A stretch of 64,000 bases of DNA from a virus. The notes under the pieces were generated by a model. That model saw only the letters and a list, made by a program, of their open reading frames with translations. It was not told where the DNA came from and searched no databases. The translations under genes and the position numbers were made by a program. How positions within the stretch are numbered: position 1 is the first letter of the stretch; each line of letters opens with the position of its first letter. Below, in pieces: positions 1-8,924 of the stretch. The stretch covers positions 1 through 64,000 of IMG/VR virus record IMGVR_UViG_3300032251_000001; one strand, given 5' to 3'.

Positions 1-12
1 TAATCTTTTCAT
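1..12 (-). CDS. 5' end of a gene running off the left edge (partial)
   Basis: CAT at 10-12 preceded on the minus strand by GGGAGGAG (13-20). Confidence 0.5.
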
Positions 13-201
13 CTCCTCCCTATTAATATTTTTTATTTAAAAATTTAGTAAACATGTATATATTTTAGAATTTATTTATTATTATATATTTATATTTACT
101 TTTATTTTATCTTTATTATAATATATATTTATATTATATTTCTAAATATATAGTATTATATTTATTTTTTATTTTATAGAATTATTTTATATCTTAGATA
201 T

Positions 202-213
202 AACATATAATTA
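202..213 (+). promoter_or_regulatory. late-type promoter AACA-N6-TA
   Basis: AACA TATAAT TA, 63 nt upstream of ORF 276. Confidence 0.6.
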
Positions 214-275
214 TATTATTGATGTAATAATATGATATTATATAAAATAAAATCTATGAAAGGAGTAACACTAAT

Positions 276-650
276 ATGAATGGTTTACTATTAAACGAAG
301 ACGTTAAAGGAACTGTTGAAGGAGATGACATTCTTATGTCTGAAGCTACGTCTTTGGGTTTATCTGAAGAAGATGCGTCTTTACTTCAAGAGCGTTCTAT
401 CGTCAAACTTGACAAAAAAGCTAAGCTTTCTCAATTAATTAGTCGTTCAACTACTGTTGCAGCGAAAGAAGCTAACGACCCTCTTTACAAGAAATTGGAA
501 AAGGTTAATAAGCAGAGAATGAAATTAAAGAAAGCTATTGACAAAAAGTACGCTGCAAAAGGCAGAAAGAGAGCTAAACAAGTTCTTAAAGGTATGGGTA
601 AAACTAAATCTGATATGCCTAATCGTGACAATGCTAAGATTGGTAGATAG
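276..650 (+). CDS. small putative internal head protein (acidic propeptide plus basic C-terminal half)
   Basis: AAGGAG RBS; N-term MNGLLLNE, LxE motifs (LNE, LQE), Lys/Arg-rich second half; late-type promoter. Confidence 0.55.
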   Translation: MNGLLLNEDVKGTVEGDDILMSEATSLGLSEEDASLLQERSIVKLDKKAKLSQLISRSTTVAAKEANDPLYKKLEKVNKQRMKLKKAIDKKYAAKGRKRAKQVLKGMGKTKSDMPNRDNAKIGR

Positions 651-769
651 TCACAAATTTTATATGTTCCAAGAGTTATTTAAAACTAAGTTAACACACA
701 TTTTTTATATAAGGGATACTATCATAACGGTAGTATCCCTTATGTTAATCTCTATCTTAGTTTCAAATA

Positions 770-785
770 TATATTATAAGAATGA
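770..785 (+). promoter_or_regulatory. early-type promoter TATATTAT-N5-TGA
   Basis: TATATTAT AAGAA TGA, 30 nt upstream of the RNAP beta'-C gene. Confidence 0.7.
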
Positions 786-814
786 CATAAAAACAAAAGA
801 GAGGTAAGGTATTA

Positions 815-2686
815 ATGAAAAACTATGACTTAGCACAAATCATTAAGAGTGATGAAGATTACAATTCTTTAAAGAAAAATCTCATCAAACAAGTACTAGA
901 AGATTTTAGTACAAGAGAAGAAATTGTTGAAGTAAGTATCAATGATTTCAACTTAGAGATGAAGCTTTCAAACTTTATTTCAAATCTTATTTCGTTAGAA
1001 CCATTTAGAATCTTAGATATTGAATTGTCTTCTGATTTCATAATTGATTATGAGAACTTTAACAACTCAATGTTATCTACGTATTTTACTAAGATTATTT
1101 ATGAATCTGATGGAACGAATTACAAAGAGTTAAACACTGCTATTGCAAATGTAGTAGAAACCTTATCAGACTTATCGGGTGAGTTTAATGTATTATATGG
1201 GAATACTATGAACTTACACAGTCTTATTGAGTTAGCTGACAGAAATGAAGCTTTTGCTGAGCTAACATCATTTAAGATACCAGATGGTTTACAATTTGAT
1301 GAAATTGAAGGACTTCTTAAAACAAAGACAGGTGAGTTAGTAGATATTCTTAGTGAAGATACTAATGTTTTAAGTAACTACATCAATAGTAAAACTGGTA
1401 TTAACATTAAACAAATGGCACAATCAATTCTTAATGTAGGATTGAAACCAGACTTGGAAGGTAATGTTATTCCACGTCCAATCAACACAAACTATATCCA
1501 AGGTCTTAGAGATGTTTATGACTTCTTTGTAAATGCAACTGGTGCTAGAAAAGCATTAATTACAAACTACAAACAAGTTAAGAAGTCAGGTTATCTTACA
1601 AGAAAGCTTTCATTATTGATGATTGATTCAGTTTTATCTCCTTCTAAAGTAGATGATTGTGGAACTCATCACTATATTAAATGTTTTATTGAAGATGAAG
1701 ATACTTTAAAAAGAATTAATGGAAGATGGTTTGAAGCTGGTGGAGAATTAAGTATGATTGATTTTCATCATGCTGAAGTAAGTACTGATTTAATCGGTAC
1801 AACTATTAATCTTAGAACACCTATTACTTGTGCTTGTGAGGATGGTGTATGTTTTACATGTTATGGTGATAATTTAGCAAAGTTAAATCAAGATTTACAC
1901 ATTGGTATTCTATCAGTACTTTATCTTACAGAGAAGCTTACACAGATGTTATTATCTGCAAAGCATTTACTTCAAACAAGAAGTATTAAAATTGAGTGGA
2001 GTGAAGTATTTATGCAGTTATTTGCTGTTGATAGAAATATGATTATGCTTAATGAAATTGAAACAAGAGCTGATATAATTGTAGAATATGATGATATGGA
2101 AGTTGATGATGAAACTAATAAACGTTATACTAAGAAATTTATAGTGAAACGTGGTAATAATGTCATTGATGTTGAAAGTCCTGTAGCATTGTATTTATCT
2201 GAAGAAAGTGAAAAGAACATACAGGAAGTTTTAAAAGACAATGAAGATGTTTACATTTTACCTATTGCAACATTCAGTCCAGACAGTGTTATATTCAACT
2301 TTGTAATGGAGAACAGTGAGCTATCTGCTTCACTTCAATCTATTTTAGAGTTAATTGAAACTAATGGTCATTTAGGTCTTACATCTATACATGATATCTA
2401 TAATAAGTTTATTGAATTATTAAACGAAAGTAGTATATCAATTAATAGTGTTCACATTGAGATGATTCTTAGAGAACTTACTAGAAATTCTAAAAACTTG
2501 ATTGAGAGACCAGATTTCAATGAGGATAAATTCCCATCTTACTCAGTACTTAGAATTACTGAAGCTATTCTTAAGAGTCCTAGTCCATCTGTAAGTTTGG
2601 CTTTCGAGCAAATTAAAAAGCAATTAACCGAGCCAGATACATTTGAGAAAAATGGTTCTTCATTATTGGATGAACTATTTAAGTAA
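815..2686 (+). CDS. rpoC: phage multisubunit RNA polymerase beta' subunit, C-terminal part (probably non-virion RNAP, phiKZ gp74-like)
   Basis: GARKALITNYKQVKKSGYLTRKL (bridge helix, cf. [23 protein letters not shown]); DCGT, LRTPITC and CFTCYG Zn site; LTEKLTQMLLSAKH trigger-loop region; no NADFDGD, so the subunit is split. Confidence 0.93.
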   Translation: MKNYDLAQIIKSDEDYNSLKKNLIKQVLEDFSTREEIVEVSINDFNLEMKLSNFISNLISLEPFRILDIELSSDFIIDYENFNNSMLSTYFTKIIYESDGTNYKELNTAIANVVETLSDLSGEFNVLYGNTMNLHSLIELADRNEAFAELTSFKIPDGLQFDEIEGLLKTKTGELVDILSEDTNVLSNYINSKTGINIKQMAQSILNVGLKPDLEGNVIPRPINTNYIQGLRDVYDFFVNATGARKALITNYKQVKKSGYLTRKLSLLMIDSVLSPSKVDDCGTHHYIKCFIEDEDTLKRINGRWFEAGGELSMIDFHHAEVSTDLIGTTINLRTPITCACEDGVCFTCYGDNLAKLNQDLHIGILSVLYLTEKLTQMLLSAKHLLQTRSIKIEWSEVFMQLFAVDRNMIMLNEIETRADIIVEYDDMEVDDETNKRYTKKFIVKRGNNVIDVESPVALYLSEESEKNIQEVLKDNEDVYILPIATFSPDSVIFNFVMENSELSASLQSILELIETNGHLGLTSIHDIYNKFIELLNESSISINSVHIEMILRELTRNSKNLIERPDFNEDKFPSYSVLRITEAILKSPSPSVSLAFEQIKKQLTEPDTFEKNGSSLLDELFK

Positions 2687-2696
2687 CTAACAATAA

Positions 2697-2730
2697 CATA
2701 TACCTCATTTTGGGGTATATGTTTCTATTT
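2697..2730 (+). terminator. intrinsic terminator
   Basis: CATATACC(TC)...GG GGTATATG stem followed by TTTCTATTTT. Confidence 0.6.
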
Positions 2731-2748
2731 TATTAAAGGAGGTGTACA

Positions 2749-3054
2749 TTGAAAAAGATTTACCAGATAACTGACGATAAGGAACGTCTAAAATTTATGA
2801 ATTACCGTTTCTTTCAAGCTAATGGTTATAATGAAATCAACCTAAAAGAACTTGGATACACTTTGGTTGCAAAGACAGATTTAGAAGAAATGGAAATAAT
2901 ATTTAGAGAATCTAATACAGGTAATGTTAATGGCTGTATAACTTTAATTGCTGAAGGAATGCATTCACTATCAGTATCAGATATTATTATAGACCAAGAT
3001 GAACAATCATGGTTCTGTGATTCTATTGGATTTACTAAAGTAAAGACATTATAA
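2749..3054 (+). CDS. hypothetical protein
   Basis: TTG start with AAGGAGGTG RBS. Confidence 0.8.
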   Translation: MKKIYQITDDKERLKFMNYRFFQANGYNEINLKELGYTLVAKTDLEEMEIIFRESNTGNVNGCITLIAEGMHSLSVSDIIIDQDEQSWFCDSIGFTKVKTL

Positions 3055-3066
3055 AGGAGGTACTCT

Positions 3067-4506
3067 ATGATTGACTTAAGACCTAGTCATATAAATATAA
3101 CTAATTATAATAAGTCATCAAAGCTTGAAAAGAGTCTTTCTGTATGGAATCCTGCAACATTCTCTATATCATTTACAGCTATGTATTTAGATGACGATTT
3201 AAATTTAGTTGTACCAGGAGGATATGACCTAGCCAAACTTAGACAAATATTACCTAGTCATAAAGTGGTTGACAATCGTAAGAAACACTCGAGATTTCTT
3301 AAGATGGTTGCAAAGTTAAAATTTAAACCACGAACTAAAATGCAAGAGAACGCTCTTCATTTCTTAAAAGGTGATACTAGATTCTTTGGTTATGCAGTTG
3401 ATGAAACCCAGAAGATGTTATGTTTAAAAACAGGTGAAGGTAAGACATTTTGTTCAATAGCTTATATAATTAGTAAAGAAAAAATGCCACTAATTATTGT
3501 AGATATGGATAAACTTACTGAACAATGGAAAGAAGAATTTTTAAAGTTTACAGATATAAAGGAAGAAGAAATATTTACTATAGCTGGAGCATCATCTATA
3601 AAGAAATTACAAAAACTTCCTTTTATGAAACATAAGTATAAAGTATTTATTGCAATGCATAGAACATTAGCTGCTCATGGAAAGAACAATCCTTACAACA
3701 TTGACAAATTATTTAAACATCTAGGAATAGGTATTAAAGTTATTGATGAAGCTCATGTAGAGTGGGGAAATACTTTCTTAATAGATGCAGTTACAAATAT
3801 ATCTGAAACACTTTATCTTACAGCTACTCCTAGTAGAAGTAACCAGTCTGAAAATGTTGTGTATCAAAATATGTATGGTGATATTGTAAGTTATGGTTTA
3901 GAACACAAGTACAAGGAGAAGTATCAAACTATTATATATACTTCATGGAATTCACATCCATCACTAGATGTTCAATCTAATATGAAGACTAGAAATTATG
4001 GCTTCAATATTAACGGATATAGTGATTATTTACTTGAGGATGTATATGATGCATTTTTCACATTAATTACTGATATTTTAGAAATGTGCTATGCAAGTGG
4101 TACTACTCCGAAGCTAGCTATTATGTTCCAGAAGACAAATTTAATTCAGAAAGTATATGAGGATTTAAGTGAACTTTATCCAGATAAATCTATAGGAAGA
4201 TTTTGTGTCATCCCAGGAGTTAAGGATAAAGCTAAGGAACTTGATGCTGATATAATTTTAACGACAACAAGAGGGTTTAATAAGGCTGTACATGTTGAAG
4301 GACTAGAGTGTATAATAAATACAGTTCCACTTTCATCTCAGACAATTATTGAACAAATCGTTGGTAGGTTGAGATATTTAGAAAATAAAAAAACTATATA
4401 TTTTGACGTGACGGATGAAGGCTTTAAGAAATGTAAAGAGCAAAGAACTTATCGAAAGAAAATTCTTAGTGTATTAGCAAAAGAAGCCTTTAAAATAAAC
4501 TTATAG
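3067..4506 (+). CDS. superfamily 2 (DEAH) helicase
   Basis: Walker A LKTGEGKT, DEAH, TATP, QIVGRLR; follows the beta'-C gene as phiKZ gp75 follows gp74. Confidence 0.92.
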   Translation: MIDLRPSHINITNYNKSSKLEKSLSVWNPATFSISFTAMYLDDDLNLVVPGGYDLAKLRQILPSHKVVDNRKKHSRFLKMVAKLKFKPRTKMQENALHFLKGDTRFFGYAVDETQKMLCLKTGEGKTFCSIAYIISKEKMPLIIVDMDKLTEQWKEEFLKFTDIKEEEIFTIAGASSIKKLQKLPFMKHKYKVFIAMHRTLAAHGKNNPYNIDKLFKHLGIGIKVIDEAHVEWGNTFLIDAVTNISETLYLTATPSRSNQSENVVYQNMYGDIVSYGLEHKYKEKYQTIIYTSWNSHPSLDVQSNMKTRNYGFNINGYSDYLLEDVYDAFFTLITDILEMCYASGTTPKLAIMFQKTNLIQKVYEDLSELYPDKSIGRFCVIPGVKDKAKELDADIILTTTRGFNKAVHVEGLECIINTVPLSSQTIIEQIVGRLRYLENKKTIYFDVTDEGFKKCKEQRTYRKKILSVLAKEAFKINL

Positions 4507-4518
4507 GAGAGGTGTATA

Positions 4519-5604
4519 TTGGACTTTGATAATTATGAAAAGATAGAACGTTTACTCCTACAACCAGCAAGATTTCTTAAGTTTAAGAATGTAGTAATGC
4601 TTGGTAAGAAGAGTGCTAACAAAGAAAAGATACAACCTATATATGAGAAATCATATAACAGTGGCAAGTACAGTAACTATAATAGTTTGAAGACAATACA
4701 CTTAGATACTTCTGACTTCTTTACGATTGCATATAATCGTGATAAAGTATTTGAAGAAATATATTTAAGTTACCCACATTTGTCTAAACTTATTAAAGGT
4801 TTTAGAGAAGCAACCGATATCTTAAATGGTGACGTTGAAGATGGAAATGGAAACACTATAAATATATTTACTGAAATTAATGGTGAATTATATCTCAATG
4901 AAAAATATGCTGATTTGAATGTTAAGGTAGGTGGATTAATTGGAGGAAAGAGTATTGTCTTAACCTTTGATGTTCTTAAAAATGACCTTGATGGTAGAGA
5001 AATGAAAGGTGCATTACTTTATATAGGTACTGACACTAATATTGTTGAGTTGAATGAAGATGCTTTAAATGGAATATTATATTTCTTAGAGAACTTTAAT
5101 CTTCTTTTATGTAGTCAACACAGTTTCTCAACAGCATATGAGTATATTGAAAGTAAAGGTGTAACAAGAAGTTCAACACCAAGTAGTAAAACTTATGCAA
5201 GTCCAACTGGTTCTAAAAGAAGTAAACAACCAAGAAGTAAATCATCTAAGAAAAATGTATCAACTATGTTTGAGGATGACGAAGATGAGGACATTATAGT
5301 TAAAAGTAGTCCAAAATCTGTAATAGATGAAAATGACATTGTTGTACCAGATAATGCTGATGAAAGATATACTGATGAGAATCTTTCAAAGATTCTTAGT
5401 GGTGAAAAAGAAAAAATTAAAGTCAATAAATATGTTGATAAGAATGACCCTAATGATTTACCATTTTATGATAGTAGAATTGAGGAAGTTGAAGATGACG
5501 AAGATGATGGAAATGGATTACTTTCTAACACTGGTGGTGGAACTTCGATAATTAATTTAGCTTCAATGGTGCAAGGTATGGAAGAACTAGATAATGAAGA
5601 ATAG
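4519..5604 (+). CDS. hypothetical protein with basic then acidic low-complexity C-terminal tail
   Basis: TTG start with GGAGAGGTG RBS; 361 aa ORF. Confidence 0.8.
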   Translation: MDFDNYEKIERLLLQPARFLKFKNVVMLGKKSANKEKIQPIYEKSYNSGKYSNYNSLKTIHLDTSDFFTIAYNRDKVFEEIYLSYPHLSKLIKGFREATDILNGDVEDGNGNTINIFTEINGELYLNEKYADLNVKVGGLIGGKSIVLTFDVLKNDLDGREMKGALLYIGTDTNIVELNEDALNGILYFLENFNLLLCSQHSFSTAYEYIESKGVTRSSTPSSKTYASPTGSKRSKQPRSKSSKKNVSTMFEDDEDEDIIVKSSPKSVIDENDIVVPDNADERYTDENLSKILSGEKEKIKVNKYVDKNDPNDLPFYDSRIEEVEDDEDDGNGLLSNTGGGTSIINLASMVQGMEELDNEE

Positions 5605-5620
5605 GGGGTAACTAACTAAG

Positions 5621-6244
5621 ATGGCATCTAAGAAATATGTTATGATAACAAATGAAACAAACTTAAGAGAATTTTTAGGAGAGATTCCAGAAGCTCCTAA
5701 GTTAAATGAAGCTTATATACATGATGATATTATTTATGCGTTCCGAGGTAAATATGATGAAGATACCAATGCTGGTATTTACATTGAAGATGGAGATTTT
5801 GTAATAGTTGAATATACTGAAGGTGAAGAAGTTACAATGGATGATGTTGTTGATAAAGAATTAAGTAATGTAGATTCATTATTCAATAATATTGGTAAGA
5901 TGGCAGACCAGAAGAAGAAAAGTGGTAAAAAGACTACAAAATCATCTTCATCTAAAACTAAACCTAAAAGAAGAAAGACTAATAAACGAATTTCTAAAGA
6001 TGAAGTAATCTTAATGGAACTTTATCCAGAAGATGACGATATGGTTAGACTTCTGAAAGAAACAATTAATGATGAAGGTATAACAATGCAAGACATATAT
6101 GATAAGTTTAGTGATGACAGTAATGGTTACAACTTATATTATGGTCTTACAACTAGAAGTACAATTAGTTACAAATCTATTGTAAAATGGTGTGAAGTTC
6201 TTAATAAAGAATTTAACATGTCAATTAAAGACATAGATGATTAA
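5621..6244 (+). CDS. hypothetical protein, possible C-terminal XRE-like helix-turn-helix
   Basis: GITMQDIY...GYNLYYGL...ISYKSIVKWCEVLN pattern after a Lys-rich linker. Confidence 0.55.
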   Translation: MASKKYVMITNETNLREFLGEIPEAPKLNEAYIHDDIIYAFRGKYDEDTNAGIYIEDGDFVIVEYTEGEEVTMDDVVDKELSNVDSLFNNIGKMADQKKKSGKKTTKSSSSKTKPKRRKTNKRISKDEVILMELYPEDDDMVRLLKETINDEGITMQDIYDKFSDDSNGYNLYYGLTTRSTISYKSIVKWCEVLNKEFNMSIKDIDD

Positions 6245-6249
6245 AAAGA

Positions 6250-6288
6250 AAGCTATATATCAATTAAGATATATAGCTTATTTTTTTT
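6250..6288. terminator. bidirectional terminator between convergent genes
   Basis: AAGCTATATATC-AATTAA-GATATATAGCTT flanked by A-run and T-run. Confidence 0.85.
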
Positions 6289-6883
6289 ATGCTTCTTCTA
6301 CTTCAGGGTTAGTTTCAAGAACTAACTCTTTCTTAGCTGTAGCATTCTTACATTCTGAGAAATCTACTCCTCTATTTGTAAGGATAGTTTCAGCTTTAGC
6401 ACCTGTTAAGAAGTCCATTGTATAGAAAGCTTCTGCAGAAAGTTCTTCATCATCTTCAATGATTTCTACTTCTTCAGTTTCTTCAACAACTTCTTCAATT
6501 GTCTCTTCTACGATAACTTCTTCGTCTTCTGACTCTTCAGTTTCTTCAACAACTTCTTCAATTGTCTCTTCTACTTCTACTACATCATCATTAGATGGTG
6601 TGATAGTTTCGATAACTTTGTCAGTTCCCTCTTCAGTAACAGGAATAGTAGGTGTATTATCATTACTTACAACCACTTCTTCTACCACTTCATTAGTTGG
6701 TGGAATAACTGCTTTAACTTCTCCAATAAGATTATTTCCTTTAACCACTTTAATATCATAACCTAATTTCTTAAGTAAGTCATATTGTGATTTAAGAACA
6801 TATATTGGAGTTAGAACTGGACCATTACCAATTCCTGGTATATGTCCATGTTTGTTAATTATTACTCTAACTTTTTGTGCCAT
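6287..6883 (-). CDS. acidic protein with internal repeat and possible C-terminal HeH/LEM-like domain
   Basis: Glu/Val-rich middle with duplicated VEETIEEVVEETEE; C-term KAETILTNRGVDFSECKNATAKKELVL. Confidence 0.6.
   Translation of the reverse strand: MAQKVRVIINKHGHIPGIGNGPVLTPIYVLKSQYDLLKKLGYDIKVVKGNNLIGEVKAVIPPTNEVVEEVVVSNDNTPTIPVTEEGTDKVIETITPSNDDVVEVEETIEEVVEETEESEDEEVIVEETIEEVVEETEEVEIIEDDEELSAEAFYTMDFLTGAKAETILTNRGVDFSECKNATAKKELVLETNPEVEEA
6471..6574. repeat. 41-bp perfect direct repeat x2 (6471-6511, 6534-6574)
   Basis: TCTTCAGTTTCTTCAACAACTTCTTCAATTGTCTCTTCTAC repeated at 63-nt spacing. Confidence 0.9.
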
Positions 6884-6892
6884 AATATCCTC

Positions 6893-7156
6893 CTAGAATC
6901 CGTCACTATCAGTATCTAACAATTCTTCATCTTCTACGTCAGTATCTCCATCATCAACAGAGTCATCTGTATCGTCAGAATCTTCGAACTCATCATCCAT
7001 ATCAAAATCATCATCTAAATCAGTTCCTTCTGATAATCTTTCAATGAAATCATCTTCAGTAGAATCTAAAATATCCTTAAAGTTTTCCTGTTCTTCTTTA
7101 AGTAATTCTCTTTCCTTTAACGTTGTGTTAAGGTCATCAAACATAATTTTTACCAC
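6893..7156 (-). CDS. small highly acidic protein, probably virion assembly-related
   Basis: GAAAGGTGG RBS; Asp-rich; late-type promoter 7171-7182. Confidence 0.7.
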   Translation of the reverse strand: MVKIMFDDLNTTLKERELLKEEQENFKDILDSTEDDFIERLSEGTDLDDDFDMDDEFEDSDDTDDSVDDGDTDVEDEELLDTDSDGF

Positions 7157-7170
7157 CTTTCATATGATTT

Positions 7171-7182
7171 TATTAATTTGTT
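7171..7182 (-). promoter_or_regulatory. late-type promoter AACA-N6-TA
   Basis: minus strand AACA AATTAA TA. Confidence 0.6.
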
Positions 7183-8377
7183 ATTCACTCAAATCACTTT
7201 TATAATCTTTTAATATATAAAGAAGACATGGTACAAGTAAAAACTCAGACAACTTCGGAATAAAGTTGTAGTTGTTTATTGTATCTAAAAAATCTTCATC
7301 TATTGTTAAATTATCATTAAAGTAATTGATGATAATATTTTCTATAAAGAATTCTTTGTCATCAACGTATAACTCATTATTGATAACATTATCTATAAAT
7401 TGCAGATTGTGAGGTACTATAGTGTTAGTTAAACCTGTAAGGTTACTATAATAGCACTGATAGTAGTCTTCATAGTCAAAGAAAAACGGTGTTGTTTGGT
7501 CGTTTATTTCAACTAATGTAAAATCTTCAGATATAAGTAATTCTTTATTCTTTGTTTCTAATGCGTAATATATTGTTCTTTCATACAATTCAAAAAATGT
7601 AGAATTGTCTTTTAAAATGTCTTGAATGTATATAGTATCCATAACTTTCTTTCTATCAACTAAAACATCTGTATTGATTGCAAATCTAACTATATACTCA
7701 TTATACATGTTAAAACTATTATACTTATATAATAGAACATTAAATGAGTTACTCATAAATGCAGTAGTGTAAAACTCAAGCATCTTATCATACAACTTAT
7801 CAATATATTGTAAAGTAAGACTAGATTCTTTAGTCAAAATAGAATCAACTTCAGTACCAAAAACATCTGATACTTGAACAAATTCAGTTTCAATTTGCTC
7901 TTCAATCATTCTTTGCTCTTCTCTTGAGAGCATAAAGCTAATTTTGTAATATTTCTTACCATTAATCTTGTCAAACTGAACATCAGTTACCTTAAACATA
8001 TATTTTTCAGTATTGTATTCTATAGTAAAGAAATCATCTGGTAAAGGTTTGATAGTATCTGGTAATATTACTGCATCACCTTCCACTTCACTATCTATAC
8101 CAAATTCATCATCAACTATATTATTTACACCTAATTCTTCTATACCATATAAAGTAAAGTTTTCAATTCTATCAAATTTAATAGGAGATTCTGCTCCAAC
8201 TACTTCTATAACAGCTTCAAGACCTTGGTCTGATTTTGATGCCAATGAATTTTTGTGATAATAAGTTACAAAGGTAGGAACACCTTCTAAATACTTACTA
8301 AACTCTGAAGTAGCTAACGATTGATAGAGTTCAACATTTTTGGATAAGATTTCCTTATCTTTTAGTAATTGACCCAA
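7181..8377 (-). CDS. virion structural protein, possibly neck/head-closure (T4 gp14-like)
   Basis: TTG start with GGAGG RBS; beta-rich N-term FVTYY...EGDAVILPDTIKPLPDDFF...YMFKVTDV; assignment from recalled similarity. Confidence 0.5.
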   Translation of the reverse strand: MGQLLKDKEILSKNVELYQSLATSEFSKYLEGVPTFVTYYHKNSLASKSDQGLEAVIEVVGAESPIKFDRIENFTLYGIEELGVNNIVDDEFGIDSEVEGDAVILPDTIKPLPDDFFTIEYNTEKYMFKVTDVQFDKINGKKYYKISFMLSREEQRMIEEQIETEFVQVSDVFGTEVDSILTKESSLTLQYIDKLYDKMLEFYTTAFMSNSFNVLLYKYNSFNMYNEYIVRFAINTDVLVDRKKVMDTIYIQDILKDNSTFFELYERTIYYALETKNKELLISEDFTLVEINDQTTPFFFDYEDYYQCYYSNLTGLTNTIVPHNLQFIDNVINNELYVDDKEFFIENIIINYFNDNLTIDEDFLDTINNYNFIPKLSEFLLVPCLLYILKDYKSDLSE

Positions 8378-8426
8378 TTAAATTGCCTCCTTTCTAATTG
8401 AATTATTAATAATTAGTTCTAAGAAA

Positions 8427-8455
8427 TAACCCTATAGACATAATCTATAGGGTTA
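8427..8455 (-). terminator. hairpin terminator
   Basis: TAACCCTATAGA-CATAA-TCTATAGGGTTA downstream of ORF 8462-8890. Confidence 0.7.
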
Positions 8456-8461
8456 TGAATC

Positions 8462-8890
8462 TTATTTCTTTATTTTAGGCTTTGCTTTGGGAGCAACTTT
8501 AGGCTTAGCAGTTTTCTTCTTAGTATTCTTCATAGCACGTTTATATCTCAAGTCAGACATTTGCTTAGTAATTCTAGCTTTTTCTTGAGGGTTCTTAGCA
8601 CGAAGTTTTCTAATTTTAAGTCTCTTAAGTCTTTCAGTAGTTGCATCTTCATCAAGAATAACACCTAAAGTCTCAACATCTAAATTATGTGACTCAGCGA
8701 TAAGTTCAAGAGTTTCTTCAACTTCCATATCAAGAATACCATAATGTTCCATAACTGCATCTAAATCAGATTCAGACATCATGAATACTCCATCCATTTC
8801 AACCAATCTTACATTATCTTCAGAAAAAGTTATTCCTTCAACTTCATCTAAACCATTTTCTAAAAGTTCTTCTCTTTCATCATACATCAT
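8462..8890 (-). CDS. putative internal head protein (acidic N-terminal two-thirds, basic C-terminus)
   Basis: LLE, LVE, LDE motifs then RLKRLKIRKLRAK...KPKIKK; late-type promoter 8910-8921. Confidence 0.6.
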   Translation of the reverse strand: MMYDEREELLENGLDEVEGITFSEDNVRLVEMDGVFMMSESDLDAVMEHYGILDMEVEETLELIAESHNLDVETLGVILDEDATTERLKRLKIRKLRAKNPQEKARITKQMSDLRYKRAMKNTKKKTAKPKVAPKAKPKIKK

Positions 8891-8909
8891 TTATTTCTCC
8901 CTTCATATT

Positions 8910-8921
8910 TAATCTTTTGTT
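8910..8921 (-). promoter_or_regulatory. late-type promoter AACA-N6-TA
   Basis: minus strand AACA AAAGAT TA. Confidence 0.65.
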
Positions 8922-8924
8922 TTG

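Noticed and set aside
709-743. Strong hairpin ATAAGGGATACTA...TAGTATCCCTTAT as a regulatory leader of the beta'-C gene
   Set aside because: It lies upstream of the early promoter at 770, so it is more simply the 3' end structure of the 276-650 transcript; it lacks a clear U-tract, so it is not listed as a terminator either
538-807. 89-aa ORF overlapping 276-650
   Set aside because: No RBS; overlaps a well-supported gene and runs through a hairpin (709-743) and the early promoter at 770
6459-6761. Ser/Thr-rich plus-strand ORF, and the similar 13717-14094 minus-strand ORF
   Set aside because: Antisense shadows of Glu-rich and Lys/Ala-rich genes; no RBS
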